A stretch of 64,000 bases of DNA from Octopus vulgaris (taxonomy: Eukaryota), in the NCBI GenBank assembly GCA_951406725.2, contig OX597824.1, positions 18,538,001 through 18,602,000 of the forward strand. The letters run 5' to 3'. The position numbers were made by a program, and so were the translations under genes. Below are positions 1 to 13,562 of this stretch, piece by piece (the first letter of the stretch is position 1; each line of letters starts with the position of its first letter). The notes below the pieces were generated by a model. It did no database searches. It saw only the letters and a program-made list of their open reading frames with translations, and was not told the DNA's origin.

Positions 1-859
1 GAAGAAGAAGAGAAACAGGCATAAGAGTGGTTCGCTGATTATAGAAGCTAAAATTGGGGTAACATTACCACATATCTCAGGTGTTGAGTGAAATCATGTC
101 GAGTTGTTTAGGGTCGGGGCGGGATGAGTAAACCCAAGTGGAGATATGGAACTCTGTGGGCAGTGGGGAAAAAAAAAATAAGAAGAAGAAAAAGGAAAAA
201 CTTCGAGGCTGCATTTTGATTTAAGCGTTATGAATTTGTTATTCATTCACACAGCTGGAATTTTGAGATACAGGCAGGAGATAGCTTGGCTCACATCTCA
301 CCAAACACACATAAATATTTGTGTCTGTGTATCTATCTGTGTGTGTGTGTGTGTACGTATGTGTGTTTGTGTATGTGAGTGAGAGAGAGAGAGAGAGAAA
401 GAGAGAGTAAACGGGAAAGGAAAAGGATGTATGTGTATGTATATTTACTTATGGTGCCTGCAATTTCGTGTATGCAGAAACATGTATGAATGTATGTATG
501 TATGTATGTGTTTATCTAAATATGAAAATGTGTATATATATATATGCATTGATGATGTATATAAAATTTTGTGCATATATCTATGTATGTACTTACGTGT
601 GAATGTATGCATTTACGCTTATATCAACACACACGTGCAATATAAATATATATATATATATGTGTATGTACGCGTGTTTGCTTGCAAATATGTAAAAATA
701 TATACGCATTAACATGGTTTCATCTATACAGATGAATAGAAAGATAGATAGATAGATAAAGAGAGAGAGAGAAGTCAGACATACACACTTGCACGCACAC
801 ACGCACGCACGCATACAAGCGTGAAGGCACATCAGCACATGCATACATACACAACAAAT

Positions 860-872
860 ACATACATACACG

Positions 873-927
<55 letters not shown>

Positions 928-960
928 TTGTGTGTGCTTGTGTTTGTATGCATATATGTA

Positions 961-1009
<49 letters not shown>

Positions 1010-1084
1010 TTACATATATATACACGTATATATATATATGCATGTATATATGCGTATATATATTTATGTATTTATATGTGTGCG

Positions 1085-1116
<32 letters not shown>

Positions 1117-1345
1117 CATACATACATACATACATACATACATACATACATACATACATACATACATACATACGTACATACGTACATACATACATACATA
1201 CATAGATATATGTGTACTAACATATATATTAAATGCACACATATATGTATATGTGTGTGTGTGTGTTTGTGTCTATGTTGGAACGAGCATGCATATATGC
1301 TTATATGCACATATGCGTGTACGTGTGTATGTGTGTGTATGCTTG
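860..1345. repeat. Compound microsatellite (TA)n/(TACA)n/(TG)n
   Basis: Simple repeats seen directly; source of the YIYI/HTYI ORFs. Confidence 0.95.
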
Positions 1346-2175
1346 TACGTGTGAGTATAATTGATAAGATCGCGTTAGTAATGTTACTCGACCGATGAGT
1401 AATCATCAGTAAGTAAAAATACTGAAACACAGGAAAAAAAAAAAGAACTTCTAAGATCATTTGTGAGTTAAAAGCCACAGCTGGTCATGACTTCGTAATG
1501 TCTTTACCAGAAGTTTCTGCGGTTCTTCTCATGTAACTCTGACTACGATGTATCTCTAGTGAAGTGGTTTATCTCTTAATCTAAACAGGCCATCAAGTTC
1601 TGTATCGGAGGATACATCACAAAAAAACAGAGCAGTGATTCTTTAGTGTGCAGTATACAATGAAGTCCCTCTTGTTGCAGTTGTTTACTTAGACGTTTTG
1701 TGGGGGGATTTAGCACCAATGCATCGATATTCGAGCAGATTTGGAGATCAAAGGTAATCCCGTTATGACCATCTAACAACTCTTCTGGAAGACACCATGG
1801 AGGTGACCGAGAGGGAGTTCAAGACACCCAGAAAAAGGAGAACGCTTGCACATTCCCCATCCATATCCCCCACAAAAAAAGAAGAAAAACAACACCCCAC
1901 AGAAAAAAAAAAAGATCGGGCACTACTGTCCCAGAAGAGAAAATAAAAAAGAAAAAAGATGGAACAAAAACCCTGGTAAAATGTGATACCAGGGATAAAT
2001 ATATCTACGTTCATACTTTCTAAAATGTCCTTCGTGTATTTAACAAGATGATTTAATAGATTTTTTATTTCACTTTCTATCAGGTATCAGATACGCGTAG
2101 AGCAGCGTTTCGGTAAACGGCAAAACCAAGGCCAACTAACTCCGTAGCCGTCTGCTGGGATCTTTGTCCATCGTA

Positions 2176-2580
2176 TTACTCTTTTTTTACTCTTTTACTT
2201 GTTTCAGTCATTTGACTGCGGCCATGCTGGAGCACCGCCTTTTTAATCGCGCAACTCGACCCCAGGACTTATTCTTTTTCAAGCCCAGTACTTATTCTAT
2301 CGGCCTCTTTTGTCGAACCGCTAAGTAACGGGGACATAAACACACCAGCATCGGTTGTCAAGCAATGCTAGGGGGACAAACACAGACACACAAACACACA
2401 CACATATATATATACATATATACGACGGGCTTCTTTCAGTTTCCGTCTACCAAATCCACTCACAAGGCATTGGTCGGCCTGGGGCTATAGCAGAAGGCAC
2501 TTGCCCAAGATGCCACGCAGCGGGACTGAACCCGGAACCATGTGGTTGGTTAGCAAGCGACTTACCACACAGCCACTCCT
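2176..2580 (-). mobile_element. SINE family A, full length, young subfamily
   Basis: Minus strand: tRNA-like head with A-box-like TGGCTGTGTGG and B-box-like GGTTCAGTCC, body, internal (TA)/(TG) tract, CAGTCAAATGACTG hairpin and GTAAAAGA tail repeats. About 20 related copies in the window. Confidence 0.9.
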
Positions 2581-2737
2581 AGGGTAAAAGGCGCAGTCAT
2601 TCTGCTGTTTTCACGGTTACACTGCGTTCGAAATTTACATTCTTCTCACTAAAATCCCCAAAACACATGCGATGCTAGCAGAGTTTGTTTAGAATATGTT
2701 GTTGCATTCCAAAACCTATCATTATTTAGCATTAGAA

Positions 2738-2820
2738 AAGCGACGAGCTTGCAGAATCGTTAGCGCGCCGGGCGAAATGCTTTGCGGTATTTGGTCTGCT
2801 GCTACGTTCTGAGTTTCAAT
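2738..2820 (+). mobile_element. SINE family B head fragment, cut off by a family A copy
   Basis: GCGACGAGCTTGCAGAATCGTTAGCGCGCCGGGCGAAATGC...TTCTGAGTT matches the B head. Confidence 0.75.
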
Positions 2821-2829
2821 ACTTTTTCT

Positions 2830-3062
2830 TTTATTTCTCTCAGTCATTTTACTGTGGCCATGCTAGAGCACCGCCCTTTAGTCGAAGAGATCGACCCAAG
2901 GCTTTATTCTTTGTAAGCCTAGCATTTATTCTATCGGGCTGTTTTGCCGAACTGCTAAGTCACAGGGACGTAAACACAGCAACATCGGTTGCCAAAGGAT
3001 GGTGAGGGGACACACACACACACACACAAACACGCACACACGCACACACGCGCACACACACA

Positions 3063-3113
<51 letters not shown>

Positions 3114-3314
3114 GTATACATATATATACATATACATACACACACACATATATATATATATACGACGAGCTTCTTCCAGTTTCCGTTTACCAAATCCACT
3201 TACAAGACTTTGATCGGCCCTAGTAGAAGACAATTGCCCAAGGTCCACGCAATGGGACTGAACCTAGAGCCATGTGGTTGGTAGGCAACCTACTTGCTAC
3301 ACAGCCGCTCCTGC
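2830..3314 (-). mobile_element. SINE family A, older copy with expanded internal microsatellite
   Basis: Colinear with 2176-2580. Confidence 0.85.
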
Positions 3315-3319
3315 AACTA

Positions 3320-3372
<53 letters not shown>

Positions 3373-3373
<1 letters not shown>

Positions 3374-3754
3374 GCGTGGTTGTGTAGTAAGTACCTTGCT
3401 TACGAACCACATGGTTCCGGGTTCAGTCCCACTCCGTGGCACCTTGGCCAAGTGTCTTCTACTATAGCCTTGGGCCGACCAAAGTCTTGCGAGTGGATTT
3501 AGCAGACGGAAACTGAAAGAAGCCCGTCGTGTATATAGGTATGTGTGTATGAGTGTGTATGTTTGTGTGTCTGTGTTTCTACCCCCACCATCACTTGACA
3601 ACCGATGCTGGTGTGTTTACGTTCCCGTAACTTTAGCGGTTCGACATAAGAGAATGATAGAATAAGTACAAGGCTTACAAAGATTAAATCCTGGGGTCGA
3701 TTTGTTCGACTAAAAGGCGGTGCTCCAGCATGGCGGCAGTCAAATGACAGAAAC
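3373..3754 (+). mobile_element. SINE family A, head-to-head with the previous copy
   Basis: Colinear with the other A copies, on the plus strand. Confidence 0.85.
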
Positions 3755-3786
3755 GAATTCATACTTACGTACGTATATATACATAT

Positions 3787-4090
3787 GTGGAGGTGCACTG
3801 GCCCAGTAGTTAGGGCAGCGGACTCGCGGTTGTAGAATCGTTGTTTCGATTCCCAGACCGGGCGTTGTGAGTGTTTATTGAGCGAAAATACCTATAGCTC
3901 CACGAGGCTCCGGCAGGGGATGATGGCAATCCCTGCTGTACTCTTTCGCCACAGCTTTTTCTCACTCTTTCTTCTGTTGGCCTGCTCGCTTAGCCAGCGG
4001 GGTGGCGTCATTTGAAGGCTAGAACAATACGAAACGCATTGTGACCAGCGATGTGTAGCAACATCTGATAGTCTGGCCGGTCACGGTGAT
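3787..4090 (+). mobile_element. SINE family C with tail type 3
   Basis: tRNA-like head GTGGAGG...TGGCCCAGT-GTTAGGGCAGCGGACTCGCGG...GTTTCGATTCCC. Tail ...GCATTGTGACCAGCGATGTGTAGCAACATCTGATAGTCTGG is shared with 38912-39167. Confidence 0.85.
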
Positions 4091-4674
4091 ATATATACAT
4101 ATATATATACACGCATACACATACACGTACGCACACGCGCACACACGTAGCCACATTCTCACACTCATACATACATACATACGTACGTACGTACGCACAT
4201 ACATACATGCATACATACATGCATACATACATGCATACATGCATAAATACATACATACATACATACATACATACATACATACATACATACATACATACAT
4301 ACATACATACATACATACATACATGCTTACTTACTTACTTATACAATATTTTCACGTATATCTTTGCGACATATATTATAATTACAGAGCAATTAAAAGC
4401 GGAAATAATAAATTTGAAAAGAACATTTTTACATTTGAGAACAAGCAATTAAGTCTAACCAACGGCCTTTAAAAATTATAAATCAGTTTGACTTACTTCA
4501 GATACATTGGAGTAGTGTCAGGGGTTGTATCATAGATGTCTGAAGGATATTTTGACAACTTGTAATATATAAATTGAAGTGAGACTATTTTTGTGAGAAG
4601 GTCGCCATATTGCGACGAAAATTTTGACTCATAAAATAAATCAACAAAATTAATTTAAAGTTCACTGATATTGC

Positions 4675-4990
<316 letters not shown>

Positions 4991-5156
4991 TACCAGACAG
5001 TGGCTCTTATGTCTTCTGATCTTAACTGATTGGAAGTGTTATCATGTACATTGTTTTGACTTCGTATAAAAGATGGGCTACAGCAAATATTCTGCTCAAT
5101 ACCACAGATTTGCTTGTCATTTGTTTGACCTTAACCAGTTGACCATATCCCTTAGT
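4991..5156 (+). mobile_element. Family D element, fragment
   Basis: Matches the reverse complement of about 44505-44671; starts directly after (TAA)n. Confidence 0.75.
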
Positions 5157-5554
5157 TTTTGTAAGCCAAGCACTTATTTTATCCGCTTTTTTTTGCCGAA
5201 CGGCTAAGCTACGGGGTCGTAAACACACCAATGACAGTAAAATGTTTTGATATCATAAGAATTCATAAACTGCAACAGAACACGAAATGACTCGTTTTTG
5301 GAACAGTGGATCTCGAAAAAGTAAAGCTATAAATAATAGCATGTAAATATTGGGTAAATATTGGATAAAAAGGGGTCAAGACAATATGTATGACCCGGTC
5401 CCATCTCTTCTGTAAACATGGTATGTGTTCAAACATTAGACCAAAGAAATCCTTCCAGCCGATCTACCCGTATTAAAAACTTCATTCTTACCAACGAGAG
5501 TTCTTTATTGTCGATGTCAACAGAATTTATAAATTTCGAGACAATGTGGAATTT

Positions 5555-5947
5555 TACTTTTCTTTTTACCTTCAATTTCTTTCAATCATTAGACTGCAGC
5601 CATGCTGGAGCCTTGAATATTTTAGTCGATTGAATCGACCCCAATCTGATACTTATTCTATCATTCTTTTACCGAGCCGCTAGTTCACAGAGACGTAATC
5701 ACAGCAACACCGGTTGTCAAGTGGAAGGGTGGGCGAAACAGAGACACAAAGACACACACATAGATACATATACACATATACATACGACGGGCTTCTTTCA
5801 GTTTCTGTCTACCAAATCCACTCACCAGGCTTTGGTCGACCCGAGGCTATAGTAGAAGACACTTGCTCAAGGTGCCATACAGTTGGACTGAACCCGGAAA
5901 CATGTGATCGGAAAGCAATTTTCTTACCACACAGCCACACCTACACC

Positions 5948-5948
<1 letters not shown>
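5555..5948 (-). mobile_element. SINE family A, diverged
   Basis: Colinear with the other A copies. Confidence 0.8.
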
Positions 5949-6006
<58 letters not shown>

Positions 6007-6009
<3 letters not shown>

Positions 6010-6448
6010 CAATCTTACTTAGAAAGGGTTGCATGCGTTCTGTCATATAATAAATTGCTAAATAAATAAAATATATGCATATATACATACATACATATAT
6101 GTACGTACCTACCTCTACATGTATCTATACACGCATATATGGGTACAGGACACCAAAAAAACGTCGAACACAATGAGAAACGAAAACATAAACACAAAAC
6201 AAAGGAAATGGACATTTTTTTTTAAAACAACGAAAAAATAGAGTACAAGACATACAAAACAAGGAAACGTCCTGTACTCTATTTTTTCGTTGTTTTAAAA
6301 AAATGTCCATTTCCTTGGTTTTGTGTTTATGTTTTTGTTTCTCGTTGTGTTCGACGTTTTTTGGGTGTCCTGTACCCATATATGCATGTATATATACATG
6401 CAGAGGTAGGTACGTACATATATGTATGTATAAATGCATATATTTTAT
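6007..6448. mobile_element. (TA)n-flanked fold-back element with ~185-bp inverted arms, probably Penelope-like
   Basis: 6066-6251 is the near-perfect reverse complement of 6269-6448, with a 17-nt spacer and a one-sided extension at 6007-6065. The class assignment is inference. Confidence 0.65.
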
Positions 6449-7339
6449 ATATATATATATATATATATGCGTGTATGTCTAAGATATCAAGAGAATATAT
6501 AAGGCAGGGACATTGTGACTCAGCTTGTAGGTTGCACTAAAACCATGTTAGCCATCCTTCCCAGGGGAATTCATTCCCAACTGGTATTCGGTCGTGTTTC
6601 CACCTATTAACCTCATACAGTCCATATTAAACGTTGACCTAATTACATTGACCTCGCATACACGTACAGTACACAAGCATTCAGCTCGGACAATCGGCAA
6701 AAAAAATCTTGGACGACTGAATGTCATGTTCTTCTCAAAGACCAAAAAGAAAAAAAAATTTTTTTCTCTTGCTGTGAAGTGTAATAAAAACACAAACGAG
6801 CGTGTACGGTGTGTTTGACTTTGTGAGTCAACTTTGCTACTACGATTGTTCCTTAGATCTACTGGTACGAAGTGGAACGTTGTAGAAATTTCTGACAGCA
6901 TGTTCTCAACAGCATCTACCATAACAACAACAACAACAACAACAACAACAGAATAACAACAACAGGCACAAAACAAGAAGACTGTAAATTTTGTTGTTGG
7001 TCTGCCTGTTTTTTAATGACCAACTAATCATATAAATTAACACCATTACCACAAATATCACCGAAAAAAAGAAACAATAAAACAAAACAAATATAAATAT
7101 AAGATTGAAGAATAATTTTTACGCCTTCATTTTTCTTTTTGCTTTTTTTGTTGTTTTTTTTATTGTTCCATCTTTTGGTTTTTTTTTTATTCTTGATTTA
7201 TTCTTTTTTATTTTATTTTTTTTTTTTTTTCATGATTCCGTTATTGACATGTAATATCGTCTAAGCTAAGTTGGTATCGCACTTGATTCCCTCTTTCCCT
7301 AAATAACACATCTAATTATTTATTCATTTATTATCATAA

Positions 7340-7412
7340 TTTTTTATCATCTCCACCTCGTACCAGTGCGACCACCACAACCATCACCACCGCCACCACC
7401 AACACCACCATT

Positions 7413-7444
<32 letters not shown>

Positions 7445-7490
7445 GTGCGACCACCACCACCACCACCACCACCGCCACCACCAATACCAC

Positions 7491-7560
<70 letters not shown>

Positions 7561-7731
7561 AATCATCATTGTCGTCGTCATCATTCATCATCATCATCAT
7601 AATCATCATTGTCGTCGTCTTCGTTATTATTATTATTATCATTATCATTATTATTAATTTTATTATTATTATTATGATTATCATTATCATTATTATTATG
7701 ATTATTATTATTATTATTATTATTATCACTA

Positions 7732-7789
<58 letters not shown>

Positions 7790-7870
7790 CATTATTATTA
7801 TTATTATTACTTTTATCGTCATCATCAGCATCATTATTATTACTGTTGCAGTTGTTGTTGTTGTTGTTAT
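7340..7870. repeat. Compound trinucleotide repeats (CAC)n/(CAT)n/(TAT)n
   Basis: Seen directly. Confidence 0.95.
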
Positions 7871-8143
7871 CACTAAACTTAGTAGGGAGTTGAAGTAAGT
7901 TGAAGTATCGATAGGTCAGTATCACTCTGGGGACACCAAAGACCAATATTTGCTAAAAAATTGTCCCTAATTAATTTCCCACGTGAGTTCTTAGAGGCAT
8001 TGGAACTCAGTAGGAAAAGTTGACGCTGATTATATGGTGCACACCAGTCAGCGTCTTGGAAATATTGGCGGGAATAAAGAGACACCATCAAATGAAGACA
8101 AGACAAGGAGTATATAAAAAACATACGTGTGTGTATATATACA

Positions 8144-8206
<63 letters not shown>

Positions 8207-8311
8207 CATATATATACATATATACATATATATACATATATACATACATATATATATAGGTATATATATACATAGATAGATAGATAGCTAGATATACACA
8301 TATATATGTAT

Positions 8312-8370
<59 letters not shown>

Positions 8371-8683
8371 TACATATATATATTCATACGTACATATATA
8401 CATACACTCACACGCACTAGAACATACCCGCACACATACAAACATATAGGTATATTTGTTGGTATATCTATATATCAATGATTTTTTTTTTACCGTTTTT
8501 CTGTTTCTTGTTGTTGTTGTTTTCTTTTTTTTATACAGTGATGAAAAAGTCTGCTAGTTGTGATGTATGGCTAAAAAGCAAGGCGTCAATTCCCAGCATA
8601 TAAAGATGATTATGATGTATGTAGTCTTTGTCAGAAATAATTATGTTTGTTTCACTTTTGTAATAATGATAATAATAATAATA

Positions 8684-8730
<47 letters not shown>

Positions 8731-8735
8731 TTTTA

Positions 8736-8871
<136 letters not shown>

Positions 8872-8879
8872 TATTGTCA

Positions 8880-9162
8880 TTGCCTTTGCACAGCTTCTAA
8901 CGCTGGAGATGTTACTACAGTGTCAGCTGTTCACTACCAGTGAACTAAGATAACACCTCTTATTTTTCGAGCACCTTCCGGAGTATTCGAGCGGGTCCCA
9001 TGCAGTGCTGTTTTCTGCAAGTGCTACACCCTTATTGCAGCCTCTATTTGTTCTACGTACTTCTCGAGATTTTTGTTCACTGTTCCCAGGGCTCCGACAA
9101 TTTTTGGTACTACTGCTACCTTTATCATCGACCACAACTGCTTAACTTCCCAAGCTAACCTG

Positions 9163-9163
<1 letters not shown>
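8880..9163 (-). mobile_element. 5'-truncated R4/Dong-clade LINE (RLE C-terminus plus 3' UTR)
   Basis: Minus strand reads RLAWEVKQLWSMIKVAVVPKIVGALGTVNKNLEKYVEQI...LQKTALHGT(fs)RILRKVL, the typical end of a restriction-like-endonuclease ORF. It has a stop and a frameshift, with (TAA)n on both sides. Confidence 0.85.
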
Positions 9164-9241
<78 letters not shown>

Positions 9242-9261
9242 CATCATTATTATTATTTATT

Positions 9262-9666
9262 ATTTTACTTTTTTACTTCTTTCAGTCATTTGACTGCGGC
9301 TATGCTGGAGCACCGCCTTTAATCGAGCAAATCGCTTCCAGGACTTATTCTTTGTAAGCCTAGTACTTATTCCTTCGGTCTCTTTTGCCGAACCTCTAAG
9401 TTACGGGGACATAAACACACCAGCATCGGTAATCAAGTGATGTTGAGTAGAGGGGGGTGACAAGCACAGACACACAAGCACACACATACATATACATATA
9501 TACGACGGGCTTCTTTCAGTTTCCGTCTACTAAATCTGCTCACAAGTCTTTGGTCGGCCTGAGGCTATAGTAGAAGACACTTGTCCCAGGTGCCACGTAG
9601 TAGGACTGAACCCGAAACCATGTGGTTCGTAAGCAAGCTACTTACTACACAGTCACTCCTACGCCT
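9262..9666 (-). mobile_element. SINE family A
   Basis: Colinear with the other A copies. Confidence 0.85.
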
Positions 9667-9779
9667 ATTTGATTATTATTATTATTATTATTATTATCAT
9701 TATTATTTTTTTTTTTTTTTTTTTATTAATATTATTATTATTATTATTATCATCATCATTATTATTATTACAAAGGTTC

Positions 9780-10100
9780 CTAATTTTGGTACAAGGCCAG
9801 CAATTTCGAGAAAGGGGATAAGGTAAATCGATTACATTGACCCCAGTGTAATTTGTAACTTATTTTATCGACGCCGAAACGATTAAAGGCAAATTCAGCC
9901 TCGGTGGAATTTGAACACTGAACGTAAAGTTAGATTAAATGCTGCTAATCTTTTTCCTCGGCGTGCTAACGACTCTGCCAGCTCGGCGCCTTGATATCAG
10001 CATTAATCGACCCCGGTGGAATTTGAAACCAGAACGTAAAGAGTGACGAAAAGATGTTAAACATTTTCTCCGGCAACCTAACGATTCTATCCGCTCGCTT
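9780..10100 (-). mobile_element. SINE family B1 (diverged) plus a second head fragment
   Basis: Reverse complement of the B head and body, with the B1 tail (...AAATTGCTGGCCTTGTACC). Confidence 0.7.
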
Positions 10101-10108
10101 CTTTAATG

Positions 10109-10142
<34 letters not shown>

Positions 10143-10166
10143 CAATAATAATAATAATAATAATAA

Positions 10167-10197
<31 letters not shown>

Positions 10198-10253
10198 AAG
10201 AAGAAGAAGAAGAAGAAGAAGAAGAAGAAGAAGAAGAAAAATAATAATAATAA

Positions 10254-10765
10254 CTGAAAGATAGATGCAAATAGGCCAGACATCATATTGAAAGACTTCA
10301 GACAAAAATCATGCCTCCTCATTGATATGACTATCCCAATCGACATAAATGTATCTGTCAAGTCCTACCAAAAACTGAGCAAGTATAAAGATCTTGAAAC
10401 AAAAATTGGCAAAACGCGGAACCTCAAGATTAAATGTCATAGGTGCCCTAGGAATGATAGCAAAAGGAGTTGATTCCTCGCTAGTTCAAATACCAGGAAA
10501 CTCCAAAATGGCAGAAATTCAAAAGACAGTGGTGATGGCAACTGCCCGTACCCTACGTAAAATACTGTCTATGTACTCTCAAATTTGAAAACAAACTCAT
10601 AATTTTCTCGTGTTTTCTTAAACATTCTGTAGAACAATACTATGTGCAAAACCAAATATGTGACGCTCTAGGCATAACACCAACATGAACTTCTAACTTG
10701 TCTCTATAGGTGTCTGGGTGAGACTTGGACTCAACTTGTACAAGTACAAAGCAAAAGTCAAACAA
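10254..10765 (+). mobile_element. 5'-truncated R4/Dong-clade LINE, second family (RLE domain plus 3' UTR)
   Basis: Reads KIDANRPDIILKDFRQKSCLLIDMTIPIDINVSVKSYQKLSKYKDLE...(fs)VIGALGMIAKG...EIQKTVVMATARTLRKILS, with the RPD..D..KY motifs of RLE. Flanked by (AAT)/(AAC) repeats. Confidence 0.9.
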
Positions 10766-10904
10766 CGACAACAACAACAATAATAATAGTAATAAAAGAT
10801 GGGCTACAGTAAATATTCTGCTCAATACCACAGATTTGCTTGTCACATATAGTTCATAATTTAGTTGTTCTCTACATTTGTTTCAATGCCATAAAACATC
10901 ACTA

Positions 10905-11306
10905 TACTCTTTACCCTTTTACTTGTTTCAGTCATTTGACTGCGGCCATGCTGGAGCACCGCCTTTAATCGAGCAACTCGACCCCGGATCTTATTCTTTT
11001 GTAAGCCCAGTACTTATTCTATCGGTCTCTTTTGCCGAACCGCTAAGTAACGGGGACGTAAACACACCAGCATCGGTTGTCAAGCAATGCTAGGGGGACA
11101 AACACAGACACACAAACACATACACACATACATATATATATATACATATATTCGACGGGCTTCTTTCAGTTTCCGTCTACCAAATCCACTCACAAGGCAT
11201 TGGTCGGTCCGAGACTATAGTAGAAGACACTTGCCCAAGGTGCCACGCAGTGGGACTGAACCCGGAACCATGTGGTTGGTTAGCAAGCTACTTTCCACAC
11301 AGCCAC
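10905..11306 (-). mobile_element. SINE family A, young subfamily
   Basis: Very similar to 2176-2580 and 13156-13562. Confidence 0.9.
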
Positions 11307-12096
11307 ATTCTATATAAAAAAAATAAATCCAAATTTCAACACCAAAGCAAGATATATGTTTATTTTTCCATACTCACTTCTATAACTTCTTTAATCTTTC
11401 ATTTAAATTTTTTAAAATTAAACCTACCTGTATTTAACTTAATCTAGAAGTAATTGTCTTCTCTATGATTGTCGACTAACAACGCTGCACCATAAGTATT
11501 ATCAAAATACAAAATTCATTGAAAAGCGACGTGATACTTATGTCTTCAAAAGAAAAGAAAGCATAAATAAATAGAGTTAACATACAGTAATGTAATGTAT
11601 TCTTCATTTAACAAGTAGGTTTAACGATAACAAGATTCGCCGGATTAACAAATATGCTTGCTCTGAGCAAATAATATTGAAAGCTAATACAAATGGTTCT
11701 CTGTAGTCAAATAGAAACTAACGTTAACTGTCTTAGTTTAATACCCATTGAAGTTTGAGAGATTGCTGTATAAATTATAATTAATTTAGAGAAGCCTCTT
11801 TTCTGTTTCGTTTTCAAGATGAAGAAAATTCATTTCGTTAATATTGCAATAGAACTTTAACTGTAAGAACTTCACAACAGCCATTTAATACAACGCTCTA
11901 CTTCAGATATATATGAACGTAAACTTGCAATAATCAGAGAGCGCAACACTTATCTGATTCTAAGCTGTGACCATTTTACAACATGATGCTTAAACCCGGG
12001 TTTTGACTGCCCTGTGCAGTAGCCAAACTGACCGCTCCCTTCCATATTAAGTAACATACGTCAAGCTATAGCAAACATACATACAAATATTTTATT

Positions 12097-12404
12097 TTTA
12101 TGCGCCCTTTTCAAGCATAACCAGGCTCATGGGCCCGGTTTCCTGGTTTCTATGGCGTATGTGTTCCCCCCAGCTGGACAGGGCGCCAGTCCATCGCAGC
12201 GCTACTCAAGAAACAGGAAGAGAGGGTGAGAGAAAGTTGGGGCGAAAGAGTACAACAGGGGTCGCCACCACCCACTGTCGGAGCCTCGTGAAGCTTTAGG
12301 TGTTTTCGCTCAATAAACACACACAACGCCCGGTCTATGAATCGAAACTGCGATCCTCCGACCGCGAGTCTGCTGCCCTAACCACTGGGCCATTGCACCT
12401 CCAC
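12097..12404 (-). mobile_element. SINE family C with tail type 2
   Basis: C head and body; tail ...GGGCCCATGAGCCTGG...GGGCGCATAAA as at 38246-38563. Confidence 0.85.
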
Positions 12405-12421
12405 ACGTATAACTCTCGTTT

Positions 12422-12800
12422 CACTCCGTCGGATACGACGACGAGGGTTCCGGTTGATCCGAATCAACGGAACAGCCTGCTCGTGAAATTAACGTGTAAG
12501 TGGATGAGCACTCCACAGACACGTGTACCCTTAACGTAGTTCTCGGGGATATTCAGCGTGACACAGAGAGTGACAAGGCCGGCCCTTTGAAATACAGGTA
12601 CAACAGAAACAGGAAGTAAGAGTGAGAGAAAGTTGTGGTGAAAGAGTACAGCATGGATCACCACCACCCACTGTCGGAGCCTTGTGGAGCTTTAGGTGTT
12701 TTCGCTCAATAAACACACACAACGCCCGGTCTGGGAATCGAAACCGCGATCCTCCGACCGCGAGTCTGCTGCCCTAACCACTGGGCCATTGCGCCTCCAC
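12422..12800 (-). mobile_element. SINE family C with tail type 1
   Basis: C head and body; tail ...GAGAACTACGTTAAGGGTACACG...CCGACGGAGTG. ACGTATAA repeated at 12405 and 12801. Confidence 0.9.
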
Positions 12801-13076
12801 ACGTATAATTATAAGCACGCATAAATAAAGATGCGAGCTAGTAGAATCTTCAACACGTCGAATAAAATGCTGAGCGGCATTTCTTTTGACTCTTTACGCC
12901 CTGAGTTCGAAACTCATCAAGTCCAACTTTGCCTTTCATCGGGAGCGTGGGATCGATAAAATACGTTAGCGGTCAAGTACTACGATCGAAATGACTAGCC
13001 TTGAATCCTACAACGAACCGGCGTCCTCCTCAGGGGAAGGTTGTCTTCTTGATCATTTACTTATGTATATATGTAT

Positions 13077-13107
<31 letters not shown>

Positions 13108-13120
13108 TACACACACATAT

Positions 13121-13155
<35 letters not shown>

Positions 13156-13158
<3 letters not shown>

Positions 13159-13562
13159 TCTCTTTTACCCTTTTACTTGTTTCAGTCATTTGACTGCGGC
13201 CATGCTGGAGCACCACCTTTAGTCGAGCAAATCGACCCCGGGACTTATTCTTTTTGTAAGCCCAGTACTTATTCTATCGGTCTCTTTTTGCCGAACCGCT
13301 AAGTAACGGGGACGTAAACACACCAGCATCGGTTGTCAAGCAATGCTAGGGGAACAAACACAAACACACAAACACACACACATACATATATATATACATA
13401 TATACGACAGGCTTCTTTCAGTTTCCGTCTACTAAATCCACTCACAAGGCATTGGTCGGCCCGGGGCTATAGCAGAAGACACTTGCCCAAGATGCCACGC
13501 AGCGGGACTGAACCCGGAACCATGTGGTTGGTTAGCAAGCTACTTACCACACAGCCACTCCT
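13156..13562 (-). mobile_element. SINE family A, young subfamily
   Basis: Very similar to 39848-40259 and 57520-57942. Confidence 0.9.

Noticed and set aside
1430-1950. Possible LINE ORF1 remnant (MEVTEREFKTPRKRR...)
   Set aside because: Only a basic low-complexity stretch; no zinc knuckle or other diagnostic motif could be confirmed.
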